Assembly (NCBI GenBank): GCA_038245785.1
Contig: JBBRSB010000023.1
Location: 1 to 64,000 of the forward strand
Length of the DNA stretch: 64,000 bases
From: Gloeobacterales cyanobacterium
Lineage (GTDB): Bacteria > Cyanobacteriota > Cyanobacteriia > Gloeobacterales > PMM-0068
Direction of reading: 5' to 3'
The notes beneath the pieces were generated by a model, which made no database searches, had not been told where the DNA came from, and saw nothing but the letters and a program-made list of their open reading frames with translations. The position numbers were made by a program, and so were the translations under genes. Of this stretch, positions 43,408-51,047 are shown piece by piece. The stretch's first letter is position 1. The number at the start of each line of letters is the position of its first letter.

Positions 43408-43572
43408 ATGAGCAGATCTACCGTACGTCAAGAGCGGTTAGCCCATCCCCAAAGTCACAACAGAGACCAAACTTTAACGAGTAAGGTAGACTGGCTCTTC
43501 ACCCTTGGTCTCGTAAGCTTTGGTATTGCTAGCTTAGTGATCACCCCGATGCTCTTTCTTTCAGGATTGTAG
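43408..43572 (+). CDS. small single-TM protein, 54 aa (below ORF-track cutoff)
   Basis: AGGAG RBS; MSRSTVRQERLAHPQSHNRDQTLTSKVDWLFTLGLVSFGIASLVITPMLFLSGL. Confidence 0.55.
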   Translation: MSRSTVRQERLAHPQSHNRDQTLTSKVDWLFTLGLVSFGIASLVITPMLFLSGL

Positions 43573-43645
43573 TGCTCCACTTTAAGAACCTGTGTTAGGT
43601 TGTTATCCAGTCGTTTATACCGAACAGGTCACGGAGGTGATGCCC

Positions 43646-43699
43646 ATGAGTAGTAGTCAACCGATTCAGGGCCACCGGAACGTTCTCCGGCAACTGTAG
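43646..43699 (+). other. micro-ORF MSSSQPIQGHRNVLRQL, or an sRNA carrying a strong SD motif
   Basis: GGAGGTGA at 43633-43640 upstream of ATG; terminator downstream. Confidence 0.4.
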
Positions 43700-43804
43700 G
43701 CCAAGATTGTTTCTTGTGAAATTTCCTTAAACGCAGCAAGTCTGTGATTTTAGAAATGAATATAGATTCTTTTGGCAGTTAGACCGGCCTTTCCAAAAGG
43801 CTCG

Positions 43805-43845
43805 ACCAGACCGCTCCTAGACCTTCTAGGAGCGGATGGTTTTTT
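43805..43845 (+). terminator. rho-independent terminator
   Basis: CCGCTCCTAGA-CCT-TCTAGGAGCGG followed by a T run. Confidence 0.85.
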
Positions 43846-43856
43846 GGGGGTATACC

Positions 43857-43954
43857 AAAAAAATAGGTCGCGCACACGACCTACCTTAGGGAGAACCACA
43901 AATAACTAAAGAACTGTCGCTCTAACTTGCCATTAAGCGTGAGAACATCAGATA
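43857..43954 (-). ncRNA. candidate sRNA of about 95-100 nt
   Basis: minus-strand extended -10 TGCTAATCT (43968-43960), CU-rich TTCTCCCT, terminator TAGGTCG..CGACCTA plus T run; no coding gene explains this terminator. Confidence 0.5.
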
Positions 43955-44090
43955 TCTGTAGATTAGCAATAAGTTGCATAAGAAATGTTCATTTTAAACA
44001 TTTCTTTCTTCACCAGATAACTTTTACCTCCAGAAACCTTTCCTGGGCATCCCTGAAGAACTAGGCTAAAGCAAAACGGAGATAAAAACG

Positions 44091-45146
44091 GTGCATCGCC
44101 ATATCCTCGTGGGTTCCACCACTGCCTATAGTGGAAAATCTTCACTCCTTCTAAGCTTGGGTTTGCAGCTCCAGCGCCAAGAGTTTAAATTGGGCTATCT
44201 CAAACCTTTGAGCCAGGGAGAACCTCCTGTCGATGAAGATACTCAGTTTCTAGCGCAGCAATGGAATATTGTGGTTCCGGATCCGCTGGTGTTCATATCT
44301 CCTCAAGCTTTGCTCAAACGGCTTAGTGGAGATGACCACAGCAATTATCAGCAGCAGCTGCAAGAACAGCTAGACCACGTAGGAGCAGGTGCTGACTTTG
44401 TATTTATTGAGGGTGGAGGCACTCCTACCGAAGGTAAGTTATTTGGCCTCAGCTTAAAGCAGATGGCTACCTTGCTCAACGCCCCTGTCATTTTGGTCGT
44501 CCGCTATCAGGCAGGCAAAACGATTGAAGGGGTACTCGATGTACAAGAACAACTTCGTGGCCATCCGATCAGCGTCATCTTTAATGAGGTGCCCGTGGCC
44601 CAGCATAGCTATGTTCAGGATCAATTGGCACCTCTTTTTGAAGCCCGAGGAATGCCTGTGTTGGGTGTTCTTCCCCTTGACCCCATTCTTCATAGTGTCA
44701 GTGTCGCTGAACTGGTAGACCGACTGGGTGCTGAGGTCCTCTGCTGTGAAGGCAGCTTGGACCTTCTGGTAGAACAGGTCAATATCGGAGCGATGAATGT
44801 TAGCAGTGCACTGAAATACTTCCGCAAACACAACCAGAAGGTTGTAGTTACGGGAGGAGACCGTACGGATATTCAACTGGCGGCGCTACAAACCGCTACC
44901 AATTGTCTAGTCCTAACAGGTCAACTGCGTCCGGCTCCCCTGATCTTAGCGAGAGCACAACAGATGCAGGTTCCGATCCTATGTGTAGCTCATGACACCC
45001 TAACTACCGTGCAGATCATCAACCAAGCCTTTGAGTATGCTCGTTTTCAGCAGGAAGCTAAGACCGAGTGCATGGTGACCATGATGGAAAAGTATTTCAA
45101 CTTTGCGGCGTTTTACGCATTTTGTGGCCTAAAGCAACCTGTTTAG
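44091..45146 (+). CDS. phosphotransacetylase N-terminal-like (BioD-like + DRTGG) protein
   Basis: YSGKS, LGYLKP, VTGGDRTDIQLAAL motifs. Confidence 0.9.
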   Translation: MHRHILVGSTTAYSGKSSLLLSLGLQLQRQEFKLGYLKPLSQGEPPVDEDTQFLAQQWNIVVPDPLVFISPQALLKRLSGDDHSNYQQQLQEQLDHVGAGADFVFIEGGGTPTEGKLFGLSLKQMATLLNAPVILVVRYQAGKTIEGVLDVQEQLRGHPISVIFNEVPVAQHSYVQDQLAPLFEARGMPVLGVLPLDPILHSVSVAELVDRLGAEVLCCEGSLDLLVEQVNIGAMNVSSALKYFRKHNQKVVVTGGDRTDIQLAALQTATNCLVLTGQLRPAPLILARAQQMQVPILCVAHDTLTTVQIINQAFEYARFQQEAKTECMVTMMEKYFNFAAFYAFCGLKQPV

Positions 45147-46228
45147 TCCTTAAATCGAGCGTCCCTTGCCTGCTGGATAATTTTAAGGGCCTGAGAGACT
45201 ACGGCTTCCCTCCAGCCCTGATCAGCTGGCGCAAAAGCCTCTACTAGTTGTGCCTTTGCCCATTCATAGGAAGTGTCAGGATGTCCCCAAAAATGGGCAC
45301 GATTCTCAGCTCGCAAGGCTTTGAGGATTTGAATAGGTGAGCAGGTGCCAAACTCGGCGGTGAGAAAATGGTAGTTAAGCTGGGGGAATTTTGCTTTGCA
45401 CCATTGAGCCCAGCTCCCTCTTGGTTTGTAGGCTGTGTTGCCCGTATCCACTGTTTCCACCACCTCAGCTTCAAATTGAGCTGCTAACCAGCGGGCCTCT
45501 GCTGAATCATTGGGTTCTTCGGTCAGGAGTTTGTACGTCGCTCTAGGGCCGAGCCCTGTATGAAGGTCAATATGCACCACTTCCGTGGCCGACCCTAACC
45601 AGCGGGGAAGGTGAAGTTCGAGAATTTGATGCGTCTCCGCTGGACCCTGGCCCCCGAAGAATAACCCCTTTGGGAAATCATACTGTCCAACAGCGATCGT
45701 GTTCTTTAGTGTTTTCATCCCAGAGCGCAAAATCTGAAAGGCGGCCTCTAAGATAAATGGTTCAAAAGGAGAAGGGGGCGAAGCAGGATTTAGAAAAGCA
45801 TCTAAGTCCTTATACTTAGGTGGACTGCCTGCATATAGCGCACCAGGCAGTAGGAAGTTACGGTTTAAATCGATATTGTATTCGTTCCCTCTCCGTCGCC
45901 AAGCCATTCCGTAGGGATTTAGAGCATGTACAAGCACCAGGGCATTCCCTGGGAGCGGCTTCCAGCTCTGAAGATGGGATTCTAATAAGCAGCACTGAAC
46001 CGCAGAGCCAAAAAACCCTTCCACCCCATGCAACCCGCTGGAAACTACAACCACGTGCTGAGCAGAAAAGTCTCCAAACCTCGCCACATCAATAAACAAA
46101 AGCTCCCCGTCAGGCCCCTTTTGATCCAATGCATAAGCTTTAAGTCGGCACTCCAAAGCCCGTGCAGCGGTCAAGAAGCGAGTACGTGACAGCGCGTAGG
46201 TTGGTTCAAAGGTTATACCGTAGGACAT
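45143..46228 (-). CDS. DUF2817 / M14-type metallocarboxypeptidase
   Basis: SGLHGVEG, LNPYG, DLNRNF, DLHTGLG, EFGT motifs. Confidence 0.88.
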   Translation of the reverse strand: MSYGITFEPTYALSRTRFLTAARALECRLKAYALDQKGPDGELLFIDVARFGDFSAQHVVVVSSGLHGVEGFFGSAVQCCLLESHLQSWKPLPGNALVLVHALNPYGMAWRRRGNEYNIDLNRNFLLPGALYAGSPPKYKDLDAFLNPASPPSPFEPFILEAAFQILRSGMKTLKNTIAVGQYDFPKGLFFGGQGPAETHQILELHLPRWLGSATEVVHIDLHTGLGPRATYKLLTEEPNDSAEARWLAAQFEAEVVETVDTGNTAYKPRGSWAQWCKAKFPQLNYHFLTAEFGTCSPIQILKALRAENRAHFWGHPDTSYEWAKAQLVEAFAPADQGWREAVVSQALKIIQQARDARFKD

Positions 46229-46422
46229 GGCATATCTATAAAGTTCAGAATATTAGGCAGCGTGGCGATAAACGCATGTTTCCCAATTTACGTATATCAC
46301 CCGATTTTGATGAATTATTTAGGGGTATGGACGCCACAAATGGCGTTGGGTCTGTTATCATGCACTGGATATGGATTGGTGTTCTCCATTCTGGGGAATT
46401 TCATTGACTTCACTGAAAACAC

Positions 46423-46452
46423 TTGACAGGCCAGAATGTTGTGGTTTATAGT
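46423..46452 (+). promoter_or_regulatory. sigma70-type promoter, probably giving a leaderless mRNA
   Basis: TTGACA (46423-46428), 18-nt spacer, TATAGT (46447-46452); ATG at 46462; flanked by TTCATT/AATGAA-type repeats. Confidence 0.65.
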
Positions 46453-46461
46453 TTCATTGAA

Positions 46462-47001
46462 ATGAATGAAGAGTTGGTTATGCAAGTTGGCCAAGCGGGA
46501 GAGTTTCTCTGGGGTCGTGACCGAGGTTGTGAAATCCGGGTCACGATGGAAGAACTGCTAAGAAAGCTCCCTACCAACCGGACTTTTGTGGCGGACCTCA
46601 GCGCTGTGGCTGCTATGAACTATTCCGTGGCGTTAGAGCTTTTTGTAAAGCTTCTCTCCGCTTGGGAAAATCTCTATCCCGAACGAGGTTTTCTGATCCG
46701 CAAACCAACAATCGAAGTCTCAGAAGAGATTGGCGTTGCCTTAGAACATCATGGTCTCTTGGCGCTGTGTGAATCTCCCAATGGGGGGCTCAGACTTGTA
46801 GGCAAGGTATCGCAATCCGATGTGGAAACAGTTCAGTGGGCAGAGAATCAGGGTGATTTTTCCGCTCCTGACCTCGCTGCCGCCCTCGGACTTAACCTGA
46901 CTACAGCCAATCAGCGTCTTAAAAAGCTAGAAGCCAATGGCATTTGCATTCGCTATGCCGTAGGTTCTCGCCAGTATCGCTATCGCCTTGCAGGTCGCTA
47001 A
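46462..47001 (+). CDS. STAS-like domain + C-terminal winged-HTH regulator
   Basis: GRDRG...VADLSAVAAMNYSVALELF (STAS/DUF4325-like); SAPDLAAALGLNLTTANQRLKKLEANG wHTH. Confidence 0.7.
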   Translation: MNEELVMQVGQAGEFLWGRDRGCEIRVTMEELLRKLPTNRTFVADLSAVAAMNYSVALELFVKLLSAWENLYPERGFLIRKPTIEVSEEIGVALEHHGLLALCESPNGGLRLVGKVSQSDVETVQWAENQGDFSAPDLAAALGLNLTTANQRLKKLEANGICIRYAVGSRQYRYRLAGR

Positions 47002-47089
47002 CCTCTTTTTTTACCTCAAGTTTCATTTAGTCCAATGAAGTCATTAGCTTCAATTCAAAATTACCTGTTGATCTCTCAAGGAGTTTCCC

Positions 47090-47725
47090 ATGGACCGTCG
47101 CTATCCCCTACTCAACAAAGTTATGTTCATCGGCCGTTTGGTCCGTGACTGTGAAGTCAAGTATCTCGAATCTGGCACCCAGATTACTCATTTTTCTATC
47201 GCAATCGATGGATCAGGCAATCGGGGTACCGAAGCTGCATTCATCGACTTTAGCAAAATTGGCGAATTCAATGTGGCCGAGTATCTCAAAAAAGGGACTC
47301 AAGTCTTTGTTGAAGGCCATATTGACCAAACCCGCAAAGAAGTGGACGGACAAAAACGAACTTTTACGAATTTCCTTTGTGACCGTCTCCAGCTATTGAG
47401 TGCAGCCCGCAGTTCCGATGACCCCACCATGAGTGGAGTCTTAGAAGACGATGACTTTGACCCTTTCGAGACTGAGCCCGTCAAGACCAATCAAACCCAA
47501 CACGCCGACAAACTTTTCAACCTTTTAGTAGACCACTATGGAGATCCAAAGACGTGGAACCGTAAGCAGTTTACTTCTCTTACCCGATGGGTAGAAGAAC
47601 GGACCGGAACTCCTGCTGTTTCCGTTTCTTTAGAAGGTCTAAAAGCGCAGCTAGCTGCTATTCCCAAGGCGGAAGCTCAGACCCTGGCAGAAAAAATGCA
47701 GCAAGCTTTTGCCCGTTCTGCTTAA
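47090..47725 (+). CDS. ssb: single-stranded DNA-binding protein paralog with extra C-terminal domain
   Basis: NKVMFIGRLVRD...AEYLKKGTQVFVEG OB fold; internal DDDFDPF; AAGGAG RBS. Confidence 0.85.
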   Translation: MDRRYPLLNKVMFIGRLVRDCEVKYLESGTQITHFSIAIDGSGNRGTEAAFIDFSKIGEFNVAEYLKKGTQVFVEGHIDQTRKEVDGQKRTFTNFLCDRLQLLSAARSSDDPTMSGVLEDDDFDPFETEPVKTNQTQHADKLFNLLVDHYGDPKTWNRKQFTSLTRWVEERTGTPAVSVSLEGLKAQLAAIPKAEAQTLAEKMQQAFARSA

Positions 47726-47835
47726 TCGGCGGCAACTGATCCACTCCAGCCTCTTGAAGGACGCAATCTTTGCGTCCTCAATTGCTCTTCAAACAAATAA
47801 TTGTCCTCCATGGAATCGATAAGGATTGCACTCCC

Positions 47836-48750
47836 ATGTATGCCAAGACTTTTGATACTCCTCTTGCTCCAAGCTCCGTCCAGCTAAATACGAAAGCCGA
47901 TTGTGTCGGTCTCTATTTCAAGCATGTCCGCCGTCAACCGCTCTTAGATCACCCAACAGAACTCCGGTTAGCACGACTTGTCCAACAGGGTCTCCAAGCC
48001 GCTATGGAATCTGGATGGGCTCGAGACCGTAAACTCGCTCAAGCGAGAGAAGCTAGAACCCGATTGATGAAGGGTAATCTGCGTCTTGTGATTTCTATTG
48101 CTAAAAAGTACCAAGGTCGTGGATTGCCTCTAGAAGATCTTATTCAAGAGGGCAACCTTGGTCTAGTTAAGGCCATAGATAAATTCGATCCCAGCCGTGG
48201 TTTCCGTTTCAGCACCTATGCCACCTGGTGGATTCGCCAGGGTGTCGTTCAAGCGGTAGACCAACAAAGCCGCTGTGTTCGGCTCCCAAAGCACCTTCAC
48301 GAAAAGAAGCGACAGCTTCGGCGTACGGCAGTAGAACTATCCCAAAATCTCGGTCGTTGGCCCAAGCGTTCTGAACTTTGTGCAAAAGGGAACTTGAAGT
48401 TAGCAGCGGTAGAACAACTACAGCAAGACTTCTTACCCGTACGTTCCTTGGATGCGCCCACTGCTCAAGACCAAACTACCCCGTTAGGATGCCTTCTCCC
48501 CAGCCCAGAGACACCGTTGGACGAAACGCTGACTCAAAAAGAGTTGCAGAGACAGCTTCAAGACGCCGTAGCATCCTTAGAACCGCTCACGCGACAGGTA
48601 GTGGCTCTGCGTTTTGGTTTTAAGGGTCCAGAGCAAACCGTAGCTGCCACCGCGCGCATCTTGAGCTTGCCTCGGAAGAAAGTGCGTTCTTTGGAAGAAT
48701 CTGCTATTCAACAGCTCAAGCAAGTACTTAAGGAAAATCAGCCATGCTGA
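47836..48750 (+). CDS. RpoD-like (group 2-type) sigma70 factor, divergent
   Basis: region 1.2; NLRLVISIAKKY, DLIQEGNLGL, FSTYATWWIRQ; region 4 HTH. Confidence 0.92.
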   Translation: MYAKTFDTPLAPSSVQLNTKADCVGLYFKHVRRQPLLDHPTELRLARLVQQGLQAAMESGWARDRKLAQAREARTRLMKGNLRLVISIAKKYQGRGLPLEDLIQEGNLGLVKAIDKFDPSRGFRFSTYATWWIRQGVVQAVDQQSRCVRLPKHLHEKKRQLRRTAVELSQNLGRWPKRSELCAKGNLKLAAVEQLQQDFLPVRSLDAPTAQDQTTPLGCLLPSPETPLDETLTQKELQRQLQDAVASLEPLTRQVVALRFGFKGPEQTVAATARILSLPRKKVRSLEESAIQQLKQVLKENQPC

Positions 48751-49100
48751 AAGAGCGATGGGATACCTTTGTCTCAGCGTTAAATCATCCGATTGCCCAA
48801 GGATTGGCTCGGACTGTCACCGAAATTCAGGAACGTCCCCCGAAAGGAGGAAGCAACGGCGCCGTTTATCTCCTGTTTCCCAATCGACGGCTTCAGGCTA
48901 AAGCTGCCCAATACCGTCCTTGTTTTGTGGAATGCGCTACGAGATTGCTGAGCCATCCGATCAGTATTGAGTTTGTTGTAGTACCTTTTTCGATACCTGT
49001 TCAGGAAGAATCGAAAGGCATTGATGACATCGACGCTATTGCTCAATCCCTAGCTCAAGCTATGGATGGGGAAGTGTTGGAGGGCGATTTATGGAATTAA
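48744..49100 (+). CDS. small protein resembling the C-terminal domain of cyanobacterial DnaX (DNA Pol III tau)
   Basis: ERWDTFVSAL... start and AIAQSLAQAMDGEVL end recall cyanobacterial DnaX tails; overlaps the sigma stop. Confidence 0.5.
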   Translation: MLKERWDTFVSALNHPIAQGLARTVTEIQERPPKGGSNGAVYLLFPNRRLQAKAAQYRPCFVECATRLLSHPISIEFVVVPFSIPVQEESKGIDDIDAIAQSLAQAMDGEVLEGDLWN

Positions 49101-49156
49101 AAATCCTAGTTAATTAGAGGAAGGATCTGACCCAAACGTACTCAACCCTGTGAGCG

Positions 49157-49208
49157 AATTTGCCTATCTTTGCCGAGACTTGGGTCTTCGGCGACGATAG
49201 GCGGATTC
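49157..49208. terminator. long imperfect hairpin between convergent genes
   Basis: GAATTTGCCTATC...GCCGA / TCGGC...GATAGGCGGATTC. Confidence 0.55.
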
Positions 49209-50208
49209 AGAGCGTCCTTTCAAGCAACTTAGAGTCTGCAACATCCATTTGATTACCATAATCATTTAGAGTAAATTGAAGTAACAAAACTAGGCGGTCT
49301 TTGATAGTAGGGATCGTCGCTTTATGAAAACAAAATGTATCCTCGGCAAATCCAAAACCAGGTTTTCCACAAATAGTTATTATGTTTTGAGAATTATAGA
49401 ATTCTTCAATAGCTTCATCAGGGCATCGCCTAAATAGAGAGTAAAGATGAGAAATTTTCTTTCTCTTATGACTCTCCTTCACAAACATGTGAGGACCGGC
49501 GGATGAATCTACTTCTGTAAGATAAAAGAAAAACTTTAAACAGCGATAATCATCTAAATCATAATGAAAGAAGTAGCTACCATTTCTTGCTTCTTTGCGA
49601 AGAGAAAGAAATGTTATATCGCTCAAGAGTAATTTTTTTTCTTCCTCTCTTTTCGCAAATAGCCACCATAGACGACTCCCTGTGTAGAGTGGTTTTCCTC
49701 CTAGATACTGAGCAGCGATATACAGTAGTTTTGGATCGTGAACAAGCTTTCGAATAGCTGGACAAAGCAGTGTTGTATTGAAGTAATCAGCTCCAACAAA
49801 TACTTTTCCGTATTTCTTTTCTGCTTCTTGTTTTTGAGCATAGTTAAATCCAAGCTCATGAGAACTATCAGCATAGCAATCATGGGTAGCAGTATAGTCT
49901 AAGAGTTCATGTAAGGTTTCGCTGGGTAAATTAATGCCCAAATAAGCTCTATCTCTTCTCAAGGAGTCAACAGCACTATCAATATCAAGCTCTTTAAAGA
50001 TAGATTGCTTAACATTGTAATGACTAGAACTCCTATGGAAAGAAGTCATTATAGAGCGAAATAGCTTAAATCGACCCAAGATAAACATTAATATCCATTT
50101 TGGATTCCCTCTTCCTCGTCGACTACTTATCTTAAAATTTTGATAGCATCTTGATAAAAAAAATGGATATGTTCTCATAGGTAATAAATCCTTAGGGTAA
50201 TAGGTCAA
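49207..50208 (-). CDS. PhyH-like Fe(II)/2-oxoglutarate dioxygenase (start uncertain)
   Basis: FHYDLD...KFFFYLTEV...GPH...DTFCFHK (HxD...H); AT-rich. Confidence 0.78.
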   Translation of the reverse strand: MTYYPKDLLPMRTYPFFLSRCYQNFKISSRRGRGNPKWILMFILGRFKLFRSIMTSFHRSSSHYNVKQSIFKELDIDSAVDSLRRDRAYLGINLPSETLHELLDYTATHDCYADSSHELGFNYAQKQEAEKKYGKVFVGADYFNTTLLCPAIRKLVHDPKLLYIAAQYLGGKPLYTGSRLWWLFAKREEEKKLLLSDITFLSLRKEARNGSYFFHYDLDDYRCLKFFFYLTEVDSSAGPHMFVKESHKRKKISHLYSLFRRCPDEAIEEFYNSQNIITICGKPGFGFAEDTFCFHKATIPTIKDRLVLLLQFTLNDYGNQMDVADSKLLERTL

Positions 50209-51047
50209 ATCATAGAGTTTTTAACTTTTAAAAACTCTATATATGGGGTCGTTTGAAGTGAAGAACAATGAAAGAAGATAGCCAAATACGGGTGGCGGTA
50301 CAGCCAAAAATTATATAAAAACTGGGCTCTTTCGTTTTGTACTTTCTGTGGCATTGTTGTCTAGTGAAAGTTTTTGAAAAAGATTCATATCAAACAATTC
50401 TATCAAGCGGAAGTATTTTTCCGTCAGGAGTTCTACCAATCGTTTGGGGATAGGGGTTTTACTTGCGGATTGGGTGATCGAGCAAAGACAAAAGGGTTCC
50501 AAAACCTCTGGCATCCTCCTGACACGAGTATATATAGCAGGAGTGCCTCAAGCAAGCGATTCAGGTAGTATTAGTTCAAGTTTTCTAAACCTGGGCTATG
50601 AACTACAGTTAAGTCAATAGCTTGGTAGGCAATCGGCAACCCTTCGTCCGTCGAGTAAAAAGCCTACGAAGTTAACATCGTTCTTTTAATATCAAACTCC
50701 CTTACCTTTCGCTCAAAATTTTTTCGGAGAGGCTTTTCCCAACGATTGCCACAGACCAAAACCTAAGCTTTGACCAGTTCTAGCTCAATCGGGATTTCAT
50801 CTAGTCCTATGCGCTGGACGAGACGCCAAGGTATAAACAAGCTCGTTCAGTCTAAAGGCCAGCTAAGTAGGTTACGAACTTCTCGCCTTAACTGTAGATG
50901 CGTTTTGCCAGGAACAGGGTTCTGCCTAGAGCGTCTTTTAGTAAAAGTATTGGTTTTTACCACTGCACGTTCCTGGTTTAATGTAAGTATTTCAGGTCAC
51001 ATCGTGCTGGTATGCCAGTACACCTATGGTTATGACTAAGGTCGGCT

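Noticed and set aside
46423..49100. intact prophage
   Set aside because: No structural, packaging, lysis or integrase genes.
50311..51039. short ORFs 50311-50514, 50374-50568 and 50770-51039
   Set aside because: No recognisable motifs; the AGGAGG at 50515 abuts the ATG with no spacer; likely spurious.
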